64,000 nt of DNA from Camelus ferus (lineage: Eukaryota): contig NC_045697.1 in NCBI RefSeq assembly GCF_009834535.1, positions 54,190,001 through 54,254,000 on the forward strand. The letters are read 5' to 3'. The notes under the pieces were generated by a model that saw only the letters and a program-made list of their open reading frames with translations, did not search any database and was not told the DNA's origin. Positions 39,021-53,073 of the stretch are shown piece after piece. The first letter of the stretch is position 1, and each line of letters begins with the position of its first letter. Position numbers and translations under genes: made by a program.

Positions 39021-39698
39021 TGCAGCAATCACCTCTGCAACCAAAGTGCAAACGTCATGTGTAGTCTCTAGCAAATTGTGTTTAGTATGTACTGTGATGT
39101 GTATTGTCATCAGGTTTCAGATGCAAATAACCATGATCTGACAGCTCTTCCCTCAAATGTGAAGAAAGCAGGCTTTCTTTCACGTCACCTGAAGTGTTTT
39201 GCTGACCATGAGCAAACAAGATACTGTTAATGCCACAAAGATCTGCCATTGCTAAGGGTATCTGATTACCTCCTGCCTCACCTTTCTGTCCCCACTACAC
39301 ACTTCCTGTTTTAGAATAATCCAGCAGTTTAATCAGATAAGTACTAGCTGGCTAAATACTCTTTATTTTTCTCCTGACACAGCACCTTGCCCTTCCCTAA
39401 CTCCACAGTATTTATCTTCCTTGTCAAATAATGCTCATTAAGAATCTGTAGGTCCACTGTACCAGACAAAGCAAGATAATTCGTCTTGGCCAATGCTAAC
39501 ATAAATGATGGAGGGGCACTAGACACGGAACCAGGACATAAGAGGTGGCACTACTGTTAAGTCCTTTCCCCTTTGCCCTTGGATGAGCATTTAACCTCTT
39601 TCTGAAACTTGAAAAAAAATTGACATTTACATTTATACCCAATAGTGAAGATTTTAAACCCTTTAAACAACTACACTAATGTTGACTTTGGAACAAGA

Positions 39699-40528
39699 AA
39701 TAAATCCTTGGATCAGATAGAAGGAGAACTGGAAATACTGCCTAGCGCCGGATTTTGTTCTAAACTATGTAAGAATGTCTTTTGGTATTCAGAAAATAAA
39801 AGCAGTTCCTTGGACTTTTTGCCAGATGGGAAATGAGAAGAGGCAAGAACTCAATGAAAGAAGTTGCTTTTCATCTCTAAGAACAGGAGAGGTGCACCCT
39901 TCAGTAGCTCAGATCATAGAGCAGAGGACTGTAGACCAGACGTGTGTAAAAATGGGAGAGGTTCCAATCCTGGTATAAATTTACTTTTCACTTCTGTTAA
40001 ATTATTTGCTAATGTAGTTTATTTGCTAAGCAGTTTTATTTTCAATCAACACCAGAACAATTAAGGGACATACTGAATGAGAAGCCAATATAAATAATAT
40101 ATTCATAAATAACTTACATGAGAAGCCAATATAAAATTAGAAATTCATAGACAATCTGATAAAAGATCTGGAGGAAGACTTTATTAGTATAATATTTAAA
40201 TTCACTGTTAAAATGATAGGCATTCTTTGAAGAATTATATTTATAGAGAATATTTAAAAAAGAAAACATCTTTGGAATGGTTTATTATATAAAATAGTCA
40301 ATTTCATACACATTTAATGCATATTTTGTGGCACTGTACATTACTATGGACTAGTGTTAAACAAAACTCAAAATTTCCCTGTGCATCTAAACCTTTATTT
40401 GCTTCCCCCTTCCTTTTATGAATAATTTAGTTAATTAAATAACTGTTATGTTAAGACTTGAGTTTTATATCAAGAGTCTCTTACCTCATATATTATTGTA
40501 TACATTAAAATATATTTATAAAAATAAA
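39699..40528 (+). terminator. Candidate poly(A) signals of TMPRSS11G (AATAAA at 39699, 39795, 40523; ATTAAA at 40504)
   Basis: Hexamers downstream of the stop codon; the site actually used cannot be determined from sequence. Confidence 0.3.
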
Positions 40529-40563
40529 CTTAAACTCATTCTCTTTGAATCATCACTGTATGG

Positions 40564-40793
40564 CAGAGCTTCTCAACCTTGACACTGTGTCAGTAATGCC
40601 AAGATAATTCCTAGTTGACAGGGAGTTAGAGGGGCGGCAGCATCCTCTGCACTGTAGAATGTTTAGCAGCTCTCCTTCTCTCTATACACTAGATGCCGAT
40701 AGTAACCCTATCAAGTTGTAACAAACAAAAATGTATTCAGACATTACCAAACGTTCTCTCAGGGGCAAAATCACCCCTCATGGAGAACCACTG
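40564..40793. mobile_element. MER20-like hAT element
   Basis: TIRs CAGAGCTTCTCAACC / GAGAACCACTG; internal ATGTTTAGCAGC, CTAGATGCC, CAGACATT. Confidence 0.78.
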
Positions 40794-41047
40794 TCATGGG
40801 ATCAACACTCAGAGGAAAAGAGTCATTGTGAAAAATTTTGTACCCACAATTTCCTTACATGAGTTTGGGAATATCTTTCTTCTCCCCCTTTATATAATGC
40901 TGATGCGTTGAAAAAGTTTAAAGACCATCCATCATGATCAAATTCACATTTAAACAATCCTAGTCAAAGTAAGATCACTTGGAAACTGAACCTGGTTGGA
41001 GAAAGGCAGTATGAAGGCTGAGTTGATACAAGCAAATAATTCACGTC

Positions 41048-41180
41048 TAGATAGATGGATGAATGATAGATAAATCAGATAGACAGACAGACAGACAGAC
41101 AAATATAGATGTAGACAGATCTTTCTATAGAGATACAGAGATCTCTACATAGAGGTATCTATATAAATCTGTATCTAGAG
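41048..41180. repeat. Degenerate (GATA)/(GACA) microsatellite
   Basis: TAGATAGATG..AGACAGACAGACAGACAGAC.. Confidence 0.7.
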
Positions 41181-42509
41181 AAAGAAATTTGTCAATTGGA
41201 TTGTGCAATATGTTAACTAAGAACTTAGACCAAATATGTTACTATGCTGCCATCTCCTGGTCTATGTTATTTTTAAAAGATATTTTATTATAATTTCATT
41301 TCAAGCTATAAATTACGTGATCTGTTTTCCAAGCATAGAGTAAGACAAAGAAAAATCTGTCAATCCTGCCCCAATTTTTCCCTAAAGCAATTCAAGTTTA
41401 AAGTTTTGTGTATCTTTTCACATTGTTCTGCTTATATAAACATAAACAAATGTATCTATTCATTTATAAAAGGTTTACCCACTTTTTTTTCCCCAAAAAG
41501 ACACCATTTTACACACATACGCACACACAGAATATTTGGGATTTTGTTTCTGCCAAGATGGTAAAATAGCATAGCATACAAATCAGCCAAATCAGGTAAC
41601 TGTGGACTAAAGAGGTAAATGTGTACCCTGGGCTAGGAAATCAAAAACCCAGGTGAGAGACTGGGCGATCCAGAGCTGGAATACGGAGGCAGGGCAGGTG
41701 GCTGATGCCCAAAGTGGGATAAATGAATAGCTGAAAGAAATTATTTTTAAGTTTTACTCTGTGTCCCCCACCACCCTGCCTTGTCTTATATTGCTCTGGA
41801 CAAAGTTCACCTGTTTTTCATACCAGAAACTAAACTCAGCAATCCAGACTACCAGTTTTGGAAGTATCAGGGTCAGTGCTTATGAAGAAGAGGAGCTTTT
41901 AGACAAGGTGGCAGTGAATCAGCTGCTTTCAGAAATTCTTTTCCTCACCCTCACTCCAGACCTCCAGCACTGGTGGATTCAAATGTAAAGAGTTGGTTTC
42001 CTCCCAGTGCTGCTAAGAACCTAGCTCTGTAGCTATTGCTCCTGTGGCAGGCCTTGGCCTGCAGAGGAGAGCCACCGCTGAACTCAAGCCCCCCTCACTG
42101 GCTCATTCCTAATGCCTCTGGATAAATGGCATGGGCTTTCCCATGGTGCTTAGTCAATCTTCAGCCTGCTACTTAGCTGTGTCTACTTTTCCTCTGCAGA
42201 AGATAAAGGCTTCTTTGTCACTCCTCTCACATTTAACTGATTTTAAACAGCTCTCAATTTCTCCTTATCCCAATGCAGGGCAATGATGCAATTTAGCAGT
42301 AACCAGCCAATTCCACTATCTCTGTAGGCATTTCTCCTTCTTACCTTTTAGGTGACTGAACTATCACACCTGCAATGATGATGCCTTTACCAGGTGGTTT
42401 TCCCAGGTCACTGCAGCTGTCACCTTATGCCAGAGATTAACTGTGACTCACGTGCCACTCAGAATCTCTTCTTTACTCAATAGTCAGGGAAATGAGTTTG
42501 TTGGTCCTT

Positions 42510-42960
42510 AATTTTCTGGCTCCCAAAGTGGGATCTGAGGTACAAAAGATTTATTGGGGGAAATTTCTGTGAAGAAATTGAGATACATGCTGGAAGAGGC
42601 AAAGAGACCCTGTAGGATGCAGTTCAGGTCTGACATTTGTGTAGAAGACGGGGAAGGAAGAAGAGTTAGGTAAGAAAAGTCTCACATGGCAGTGCAGGTC
42701 CAAGACAATTTGGCCAAGCCTATCGGGAATCCTCCAGTTAAAGTCACCCATCACAGAAGCCCCACGTTTCCTAGGAACATGGCTGCCTTAACGAGCCTGC
42801 TGTGCTTGGTCAGAGGCTGAAAGAAGCTTGTAAGAAGCATGACCAGTATGAGTGCTGAGGCGCACTCAGAGCACAGCAGCTGGGGCATCTGCCAATTAAA
42901 TTCTCCTAAATAGAAGATCCAAGAGGCACATTTCCCCCATCAGCACAACCATGGATCTCT
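42510..42960. mobile_element. Old MaLR LTR (MLT1K/L-like)
   Basis: AGATTTATTGGGGGAAA..GATGCAGTTCAGGTCTGACA..AAGTCACCCATCACAGAAG. Confidence 0.5.
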
Positions 42961-44629
42961 GCCTAAATGTGCACAAAGGCAGACTCCAGAAAGGATTAGA
43001 GACATAAGTGAGAGGGAAAAAAATGATTAATACAAAAAAAGGAAGAATATCTTTGTGACATGATAAGGGATAAATTGTTAAAAGCATAGGGAATATTAAT
43101 GTAAGCACCACCTTCCCCTGAAAAAATACATGTGACCATTCACTGCTTCTGTTAGGTAAATAACACCATGGGTAGAAAGGAAGAAGATATTTAAAATACT
43201 TAAAACTTAACAGGTAGTGATATCTAGACTATACCAAATACTCTTGCAAATCAACAGAAAAAAGAACAACCTCATTAGAAATATGGGCAAATGATATGAA
43301 AAGGCAAGTTATAGCAAAGAAACAAGAATATAAAACAAATGCCTAAAGAATTAGTATTCATAGAAACGTAATTAAAACAAAAGTAAGGCACCATTTTACA
43401 CCAAATAGACAAATAGAATAATGGTAAGTGTAAGCAAAAATGTAGACCCTTCGTGGACGGCTGATGTGCTAGCAGTTGATTATAGTTAATTTATATATAC
43501 TAATGTCCTATGACCCCAAAATTCTATGATATCCCATATCATGCACAAAGTCACTTTCAAATTGTTTCCAAGTACTTTTTTTTCAGATTAGATCATCTGG
43601 AAAGGTTTTAATTTTCCCATATAATTTCAAGCACAAACAAAAAAATCAAGAACACAGCAAGTTTTCATTTGCAAGAGTTTAACTATGAGAGTAAGAGACT
43701 TACATAGAAGGAAAAATAAATGTTCTCAGGTAATGCTGCTAACCTTCACAGTCCTCAGAATCAATGACCCATCTCTAATTGCTGAAGGAAGGAGAGAGTA
43801 TTTTCTCAGTTTGAATAAACTTCTCCAGGTTGTTAGAGTAAGAAGTAAAGGGTCATCCTAGCATTCTATGCAAAATAGATGACATAGATTTTCTCTCTCA
43901 AAGGTTCAGGCAGAAGAAGAAAACAGGTTTTGTACATTGATCTTTTAAATAGATTCTCATAGTTACAACTAATACTTGTAACTACCTGCACTAACTGGCA
44001 ATTTTGGTTGGAATAAATACATTAACACATTCCCTTCTTTTTGTTTTAATTAAAAGTGTGGACAGTATAAGAGCTATGCCTATGATATTCCTTGATCATT
44101 ATCCAAAATATGTCCTTTCTTTTGCATGGAACAGGGTAAAGAGTCTCCATAAATCTCTAGGGCACTAGCTTTCATAGGGACCATCTCTCAGGAGATACAG
44201 ATATGCTGAGTAAATGGGATTCCTATTATGCCCTACTCACTTCATTCAGAACTGCTTCAGTATGATATGCTTCATGTATTTAGTTTCAGCAAAAAAAAAT
44301 TCATTTAGAAGAAATGGTTTCCCTGCTTCATATAGCCCCCCCCAAAATGACTGTTGTAATTCATTGTTTTAAGAGGACATTTGTCATATTTTTTGATTTA
44401 GTCTAATAGAATAGGAAGAGAGGTGGGGTATAGATTCTTACATAAATGAGGAGTAAGACTTTGAAGAGAATAAATGCAGTTCATGACAATTCAATGGATT
44501 TGGGAAACCCAGGAATGGATAGAGGGAAATTCAGGAATAACGTTTTGTTTAGTCATATTCAGTTTGAGATGTCAGAGACAGATCTACATAGGACTATTCC
44601 AGGAGGCAGAACTTCAATGCAGAAGAATT

Positions 44630-46155
44630 ATAGTAAATATGTAAATGCATATATTTCAAACTGTGGCAATGGATTAGAAAACACAGAAGATGAGTTCCGT
44701 GATATTCAATTTGGCAATGATTTCTTAGAAATCAAAAGAACAGGGAACAAAAGAAAAAATAGATGAACTGGGCTACTTCAAAATTTAAAAGTTTTACACA
44801 TCAGTGGACACTATCAACAGAGTGAAAAGGCAACCCAAGGAATGAAAGTAAATATTTGCACATCATTTATCTAATAAGGGATTCGTAGCCAGAATATACA
44901 AAGATCCTCTACAACTCAACAAGTAAAAAACAAATAACCAAATTCAAAAACGAGTAAATTACTTGAGTAGAATTTCTCCAAAGAAGATATACAAATGGAA
45001 TAGGTACATGATACACAGCTCAACATCACTAATCATTAGGGAAATGCAAATCAAAACCCCAATGAGATATCACTTCACATTCATTAGGACAGAAAAAAAA
45101 ACAGAAAATACTAAGTGTTGGCAAAGATGTGGAGAAACTGAAACCCTTGTGTATTATTGGTGGGAATGTAAAATGGCATAATTTTTATGGAAAACGGTAT
45201 GGCAGTGTCTTAGTCCATTCTGCTGGCATCTATAACAAAAGTACCATGGACCAGGTGTCTTAAACAACAAATAATTATTTCTCACAGTATGGAGGCTGGG
45301 AAATCCAAGCTCAAGGCACTGGCAAATTTCATGCCTGGTGACAGTCTGCTTCCTAGTCCATTGGCCATCTTCTGGCTGTCATTTCACGTGGCAGAATGGA
45401 TGAGAGAGCTCTCTGGGGTCTCTTTTATCAGGATACTAATCCCATTCATGAGGGCTCCACCCTCATGAATTTATCACGTCCCAGAGGTCCCACCTCCTAA
45501 GACTATCACACTGAGGGTTAGAATTTCAACATATGCATTTTGCGAAGACACATTCAGTCCGTAAGAAGTGATTCCTCAAAAATGAAACATGGACCAAATT
45601 AAACATATGACCAATGATTCTACTTCTAGGTATATATCCAAAAGAATTGAAAGCAGGACAGATATTTGTACACTTATGTTCATAACAGCATTATTCTCAA
45701 TAGCCAAAAGGTGGAAGCAACTCGAGTTAATTGACAATGAATAAAGAAAATGTGATATATATGTATGTACAATGGAATATTATTCCACCTTTAAAAAGGA
45801 TATTCTGACATACACTACAACATGGAGGAACCTTGAGGACATTATGCCAAGTGAAATAAGCCAGTCACAAAAAGACATATCGTATGATTACGCTTACATG
45901 AAGTACCTCTAAAGGTACCTGAAGTAGTCAAATTAATAGACATGAAGTAGAATAATGGTTGCCAGAGGCTGCGGGAAAGGAGATATTAGGAGTTAGTGTG
46001 TAATGGGTACAGAGTATCCATTCGGAAAGATGAAAAAGTTCTGGAGATGGATGATAGTGGTGGTTGCAGAACAATGTGAATGTGCTTAATATCAAAGAAA
46101 TATACACTTAAAAATGGCTGAGATTGTAAATTTTGTGCTCTCTATACTTTATCAC

Positions 46156-46186
<31 letters not shown>
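44630..46186 (+). mobile_element. L1MA/MB-like ORF2 end, 3'UTR and poly(A), interrupted by a MaLR LTR
   Basis: STSLIIREMQIKTPMRYHFT..KCWQRCGE; GGAGATGGATGATAGTGGTGGTTGCA; long A run at 46159-46186. Confidence 0.8.
45206..45566 (-). mobile_element. MLT1A-like MaLR LTR nested in L1
   Basis: TGTCTTAGTCCATT..TCTCACAG..GGAGGCTGGGAAATCCAAG..AATCCCATTCATGAGGGCTCCACCCTCATGA..CATTCAGTCC. Confidence 0.78.
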
Positions 46187-46190
<4 letters not shown>

Positions 46191-46269
46191 GAGAAACAGA
46201 AAAGGAGGGAAGGTTGAGAGAACAAATAAGATGGCCATGTCAAGACTGAGCCAGAGACTAGAGTTTTTA

Positions 46270-46469
46270 GATACAAGCCAAATAATTCGGGAGCTGTGAG
46301 AACTAAAAGAAACAGAAAAGGATCTCCCTTGACCTTTGCAAGGAGTATAGCCCTTCTGACACCTCATTTTCAGACCTCAAGTCTCCTGAATTGTGAAAGA
46401 ATAAATTTCTGGGTTTTAAGCCACTCAGTTTGTGTTAACTTGTTACAGTAACCTCAGCAACCTAACACA
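46270..46469 (+). mobile_element. MLT1 LTR 3' part
   Basis: AGAATAAATTTCTGGGTTTTAAGCCACTCAGTTTGTG..TGTTACAG..CTAACACA. Confidence 0.7.
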
Positions 46470-47800
46470 ATGATGCAGGAGGCAAGGTCATCAGCTGAGA
46501 GTGATAAGTGAAGGGAGTTGAGGAAGAGGAGAGGTGAGAAAATGTTGTCCAGGAGTGTGGGAAATCGAGAGGCCTAGGAACTATAAAATGACAACCTACA
46601 CTAGGAGCCCACTTTAGGACAACAGAACAGAGACTTAAAACTTAGATCAGTTTGTGTGTTTTTCTACAGGCTTGTTTATCTGCACAAGGGTGCAGGGGAG
46701 GAATCACAGAAAGTTGTGTTCATCCAAGGTTATTTTGTCACTGAGAGGGTACAAAGTGAAAGAGAAGTAAAGGAGTTGACCATATGTGTAAGGAAGGGAT
46801 TTTAATGAATTTTTAAACTACTCTAATCTCCAAGTACCCAAAACATACCCTGGCACATCACAGGAACTGGAAAAATATCTACTTAAAGAATTACTGAATG
46901 CCATGATGTTTAACATATTAGGCGTCTCTGAAATAACCATCACACAGTAGTCTGAGCAACCATGTGCAGTGACTCCTAAGCTGTGTGATACTTTTCAACT
47001 GTCCATTTGCAGTATGAGAACACTTGTCTCCTTGGGTCAATTCTGTAATTTCCCCTTAGCAGAGAGAGGCCAAAAATATTGGATGAAGAATATCATTCAG
47101 AGAAATATCTTGCATATCACTCAAGAAAGGTATATTGCTATTGTCTCATGATATAATCCTTATGCATTGCAACCGTTTCCAGTATTTCACTATTTCATAC
47201 TCAACCAGTTAGTCCTCTACCCTCCAGGAAAGAAAAAGCTAAAAAGCAGATGACTTCAGGGCCGAAAGAGAAGTTCTGAGCAAACCTCCTGCCGTGTTCT
47301 GCCCTGCTGACATTCAGGGTAGCCATCCTTGGATCTCAATACAGTTTCCAATTCAGTTCTTACACATGCCAGCTAGTGTGGGGGTGCATTCTGCATGTAC
47401 TGTTTAATTTTTTTCTATAATAACCTGGAAAGCTGTTGTTAATTCCATGAAGAAGCTAAGATGCAGAAGGTTTAAGCAGCAGCTATGTGGGGAGCCAGGA
47501 TTTACAGAAAGGTGTATCTCCCACCAAGTCTGGGCTTTGTCTACCAGGCCTTCTGCCGCCCACAACAGAAGCTGTCATTTATTACCAGATAGCATGCTAG
47601 GCAGTTCCACATACATTGCTATCATTTAAATCTCACAAAAGTAATGCACATAACCAGCTCAGTTCATGTAAGAAGAAACTGATGTTCAAAGGATTTAAGT
47701 AGCCTGTCCAGGTTCACATAACTTTCAGGGCATCAGTAGTCCATTCTAAGTCCAGTTTCCTTTCACTATTCCATGAAGCACTGTGTCAGGAAAAACAGCA

Positions 47801-47870
47801 GGGAAGGGAAGAGGAGGGAAGGGGAGGGATGGGGAGGGGAAAGGAGGGGAGTGGAGGGGAGGGAAGGGAA
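47801..47870 (+). repeat. Polypurine (GGGA/GGGAA) low-complexity tract
   Basis: GGGAAGGGAAGAGGAGGGAAGGGGAGGGATGGGGAGGGG.. Confidence 0.85.
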
Positions 47871-49220
47871 TGAAAGAGTGTAACCATGTGTGCTCCTTGT
47901 ATAGTTCAATAGAATAAGTTTCACTAAGTGTTTCTGTAAATAAGAAAATAAATGTGTATAAACTAAAGGCCTAACAATAATAATGCCTAACGTTTCTGTA
48001 GTGCTACCATTGCACAAGGCGCTATTCTAAGCATTTTAAATTTATTAACACATTTACATTTCAGCCTACAAAGTAGTCACCAATATTATTCCTATTTTAC
48101 AGACATGGAAACTGCTAAGATTTGAACCCTGGCATTCTGATTCTAGAAAGTCTATGTGCTTAAAGCACTATGTGGTACTAAGATGATTTCAATTGTACTT
48201 TCCCAAGCGATGACCCCTGAAAACCTTTATTTAAAGTAGTGTTTCCCTTTAAATGGGTATCATTTGGTTGTAAGATTATAATCAAGGCTAAACGCTAAGT
48301 ATATTCATACTTCATGTAGCTGTTAAAAAGAATAAGGTGGATCTGTGTCTCTTCTAAAAGAACTTCTAAAAACTAAATAAAGACCAGATTGTACAAGGAT
48401 GTGTGAAGTATGATACTGTTCAATTAAAATATTCATATATGTTTTTCTATGACTATATGTGTGTGTCTGTAAATGCTTAGTATGTTCTATAGAGATGGAC
48501 CCTCGTAACACTAGTTGCTTCTGAGGAAACTGAAAGGAACCATGATTAGGACATGGTCAAAAAGAGTTTCAGCCTCATTTCTAATGTTTCAATATTCACA
48601 AAGAGTTGGTAATTCATGATGTCTCACTGAAAAATTACTGAAAATAATCTTTGTTTCCCTGATCTCTTTTGTTTTCTTCATTCTGATAAATGTCTCTCTC
48701 TCCCTCTCTCTCTCTTTCCATATACACACACAGGTATTTAAATACATAGAGAGATATATGTATAAATATATATTATATAAATATAAATTAAATATGCATT
48801 TATTACCTTAAGTCATTTTAGGAAAAATCTAGTTTGATATGAATTTATTTGTATGTACTCTGAGAAGTAGGTATTTTAAAAAAGAAAAATGATTATGTAT
48901 TAATAAATTCACTATACCCTGGATACATGAAGATAGCTGTTGTTTAACAAAAATTTTAGGAGTATTTCCTGAATCATATTACAAATCTAAGTTTTAAGAA
49001 TATCTGATTATTTTTATTGAGAGCTTTTATGTGAAGGTTTCTTTAAGATATTTGTATACCTACAAATAATCTTCTTTAAACTCTTAATGCCAGTGCATTC
49101 CTAAGGTATTTCTCACTCAAATCCTTACAACCAGTTTCTTCTCCCTTAAAATTAGTCAATACCAAAAAGAGAAATACTGCCTTCTTGTTGAGACTACACT
49201 GTCTTTGGGCTGTTTTCTTC

Positions 49221-49271
49221 GAGCCATTCTATGGGTTGAGGCGTCTCTGTTCAGACTTGTTGAACTAGTTT
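49221..49271 (+). promoter_or_regulatory. TMPRSS11A proximal promoter element (GRHL-like tandem site ACTTGTTGAACTAGTTT, 49255-49271)
   Basis: Paralogous to 4841-4891, at nearly the same distance from the ATG. Confidence 0.6.
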
Positions 49272-49409
49272 CATTTCAACTACTTGTAATGTGTTTCCTT
49301 ATTTCTTCCAGCTGTAGATCTCTGATACTGCTAGAGATTTCATATAGTTGACTAGAAAGTTGAGCTGAGTGGATGCAGATCTCTTAAGATCAGATTCTTC
49401 CCCCCACAG

Positions 49410-49420
49410 ATGATGTATCG
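49410..49420 (+). CDS. TMPRSS11A: TMPRSS11A coding exon 1 (MMY, first two bases of R)
   Basis: ATGATGTATCG|GTAAGT; phase 2 matches the next exon. Confidence 0.88.
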
Positions 49421-52400
49421 GTAAGTTTTGTTTAATAGTGGCTTGTTTGTTCTACTGTCTGTCAGTGCCTAGATTTCTGGTGTGGTGTGTTGGATCCTGT
49501 GAGGCGTCCTCAATGGATTCAATCTGCACAGGATGTTGTGAAATTGTTGGAATTATCTCTACAGTTAAAATCAATTACTTTGGTATTAAAAATCATTATT
49601 AACATTAGTTCATGTTGCCAAGTTCAATAGTTGGGATCTTAGAAGAAGTTAATGAAAAACTATATTACACTGTGTCCTGATTGCTTCTGATTTGACAGGG
49701 GTTGGTGGTGAGGGAGAAAGGTGTTAATTTGAGAAAAGTCTCCTTTCAGCAATCTGACTAAAGTTAGCTTCTGTAACACTTTCCCTTCAGCTGTTTTTCC
49801 TTGTACCTTATCGTCAGTCACTGGAAATTAATGCAAATTGGGAGGTCAAAAACTGCAGACACATCTGCCTTCACCATAGACATCTCAGGACTTCTTAGAG
49901 GAGAAAAGAGACAAGATCCAGACTGGGGAAAACATGTTTTACTGTCTAAAATCTTTCCTATTAAATATTAAAAAACTAGTTTTCAAGTTTTTTTTCAAAA
50001 TAAGGTTTGCTATATGTAAAGGAAAGAAAAAAAATAAGATTTCTTGGCATAATCTTTGATACAATTAAAATAGTGATTTTAAACATCCATGAAGACAATA
50101 ATATTTCACCACTGCTTAGATTTACGCCATTTTCAAAACATTTTTACGTATGTTATTTCATTTAATAGTCGGGACACCCCTGTGAGATCAGTAGAACAGG
50201 TATCAGCTCCCATTTTAAAGAAAGAAATCTAGGGAAACAGAAGTCCAAGGGGCTTCCCTGTGTCTACAGAGCTGCATAATGTCAGAATCAGAGAGCTGCA
50301 ACCCACAGCTCCTTAAGTCCAGCCTTCCGGGACTCTTTCAGCCTCTCTACATGGCAAGGATTCTACCTGGGGAATTCACAGATGAGAATTTGACACTAGA
50401 TAGGTAACTAAGTTGTCAACTTCACTGGGCTTCCTTCCTCCATTAATAAAATGCACATTTGGATCAGTTCTTTAGGGGGCACCTAGTAATTGCCAGAGGG
50501 TCTCTGAGATCCTTAGACAGGGTCTGCAATGCTTCACACACAATGTGGCATTCCATAAATATTTGTTAAACAAATTAATGAGTAAACGAATGCAAACGTC
50601 TAGAATTAATGCTTTGCTTATTAAAATTCATTGAATTTGAAAATGCATACTCCATGTCTATGGAAATCATAATATTGTAAAGGAGTAGTTCCAACCACTC
50701 ATATTTCACATTCCCCAAATAATCCATTTAAAATATCAAGTCTCACGACTACAGACAGTAAAAGTCTTCTTTTCCGATAAGTATTTATGTGTCTATAGAA
50801 GTGTTTTAAGTCTAAGGGAAGTAAATTTTAGGAATAATATTAAGGGTCAGTCTCATTTCTCAGGATATCCATGGCACTTGTTGGTTGAGAAAAGGGATAG
50901 TGGGAAACACTGAATGTTATGGCTTCTTTAAGATAAACTCATGGAACATTAATCCAGGATTTGGAGGATTTGCTGAAGATGGCAGGTCACACTAACAGGC
51001 AGGCTTAAGGATTGAGGCAAAGCAAGTGCTTAATAATTACTACAACACCCTGTGTCTCACCTACACTACTTCTGTGATGTGTTTTACAGTTGTGCTCACT
51101 ATTCTTAACACTCTATTAACAAGAAATACATGAAAACCTTCTTAAAATATATTTGATTCATATCTTTGCTTTTCTGTTCTATTGAAACTTGATCTCTTTT
51201 CTATGATTTATGACCCTCTTCTCTACCATTCAGAGATAGTCTTTAGTGTTCCAACTTTGCTGTGAATAGCCATTTGCATTTGCCTTTAGCAAATTCATAT
51301 CCCTACTTTTTCCTACAAATGTATTAGCTAGGTGATACATTTATTTAAAATCTCAACTATTTCTCTTATAAAAGATAAAATATCAAATGACTCATTCATC
51401 TGAGATTGCTGTTCTATTCCCAGAAGTCTGGCATCTCTATCGCTCATTCTTTTTGGCATTGCTTAATAAATGCAACAGTTAGATTTTTCCTTGTCATTAA
51501 CCTGCTTTAGAGAAAAACTCCTGGGAAAGTCTTTGCAAGTATTCACGTTTTACATTTTAATTTCATTTTGAATACTCATTTTAATTAACTTGTTAATCTG
51601 CCAAGTCCATGCTCTGTAGCACTCAAAAACTTATGTTCAGAGTTAAAGGCAAAATAACAAGGTAAAACTTCCATGTTACTTACTGATCACTAAACTTCAT
51701 ATAAATTATCAATTAAATTTTCCTGTTTTTTTAGTTTTCAGCAGACTCAGCGCTTTCTAGGTGCCGCAAATGCACTACATTATATTAGCTCATTTAATTT
51801 TCACAGTTCTATGATTAGGTACTATTATTATCTCCATTTTATGGATGAAAAAGTAACAAGTTCTACATCACAGGCTAATGAGTAGAAGAGCTGGGATGTG
51901 AAGCAGTCTGGAGCCAGAGCCTGAGCTTAACCATTAGGATATCCTGTTTTTCCTTCTTTTTGATAATTTTCAAGAGAATATCACTTCTTGCTTTTTAATT
52001 TAAAATTTGAGTAAAAAATTTATAATGCTAGTCCCTCAGTAGGGCTTTATCTATATTCATATCATTGAAATTTAAAGACTGGTTTGTAACATCTTCTTCT
52101 TTTTTTTGCTTTTCTTCTTTTCAATTGTCTGGCAAACGGAGAATAATATATCTGTAGATAAAATAGGGAGGCTGGCAGATATGTATATGAAGTACTTGGA
52201 AATGGAGATGATAGGAATTTGTGTTTGGGTAAGTATATGAATCTATATTGGGTAGTAGTTTATTTGGAGTTATTATAATAGCATCTACCATCTATTAATC
52301 TATTTACAAAATATGCATCATTTCCACACATTATCTCATTTATTCGTTACAATACTATAAGCTAGCTATTGTTACCCAACTTTATAGAAAACGAAAGCTG

Positions 52401-53073
52401 TCTGCAAATTGACTTATTGAGCTTTAAACCCAAGCTATACACACCATCCTACCCCCAATACAGTCATACTTATGTCTCTGAAACATCTGGGCAATGAGAA
52501 ATTAATCTGCTTGGGATACAAAAATAATATAAGCAACATTTGAATAGTATACTACTAAAGGCTTTCACCTTCATTATCAGAGTGGCTTGGTTATGAGTGG
52601 TACAGATAGATTTGAATTCAGACAGGTAAGGCCTCCCTCCAGCTCTGTAACCTGTGTTAGTTTTCCTCTCTGATCTTCAGTTTCCTTCCTCTTTAGGGAA
52701 GGTGGTATTAGGCCTACCCCATCAAGCTGTGGCAACAAATACATCAGATAACTCCTATGAAAACTCCTGGCCCAGAGCAGGAATTTGATACCTGCCAGAG
52801 TGTTACATACACTCACTTCAATGCCTCACATCTCAGGGCTGTATTTATTATCACCACTTTATAGGCAAGAAAACTGAGATTCAGAGAGGTTTCATGAACT
52901 TCTCAAGATACACGTTAAAGAGTTACAAGCAGGGAATGAAGTCAAAGTCTACCAAAAGGTAGGGCAGATCTGCAATTCAGAAGGCCCAGAGAAGATCTGT
53001 CCAGGCAGGTAAAGACTTAATGGAAATTTTAAAGAAACTCTTTGTCTTAGAAAACTCCTGTGTTTTTGTGTAC

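Noticed and set aside
49253..49272. Canonical p53/p63 response element
   Set aside because: The CWWG cores are 5 nt apart rather than the canonical 6; this fits a tandem GRHL-type site better.
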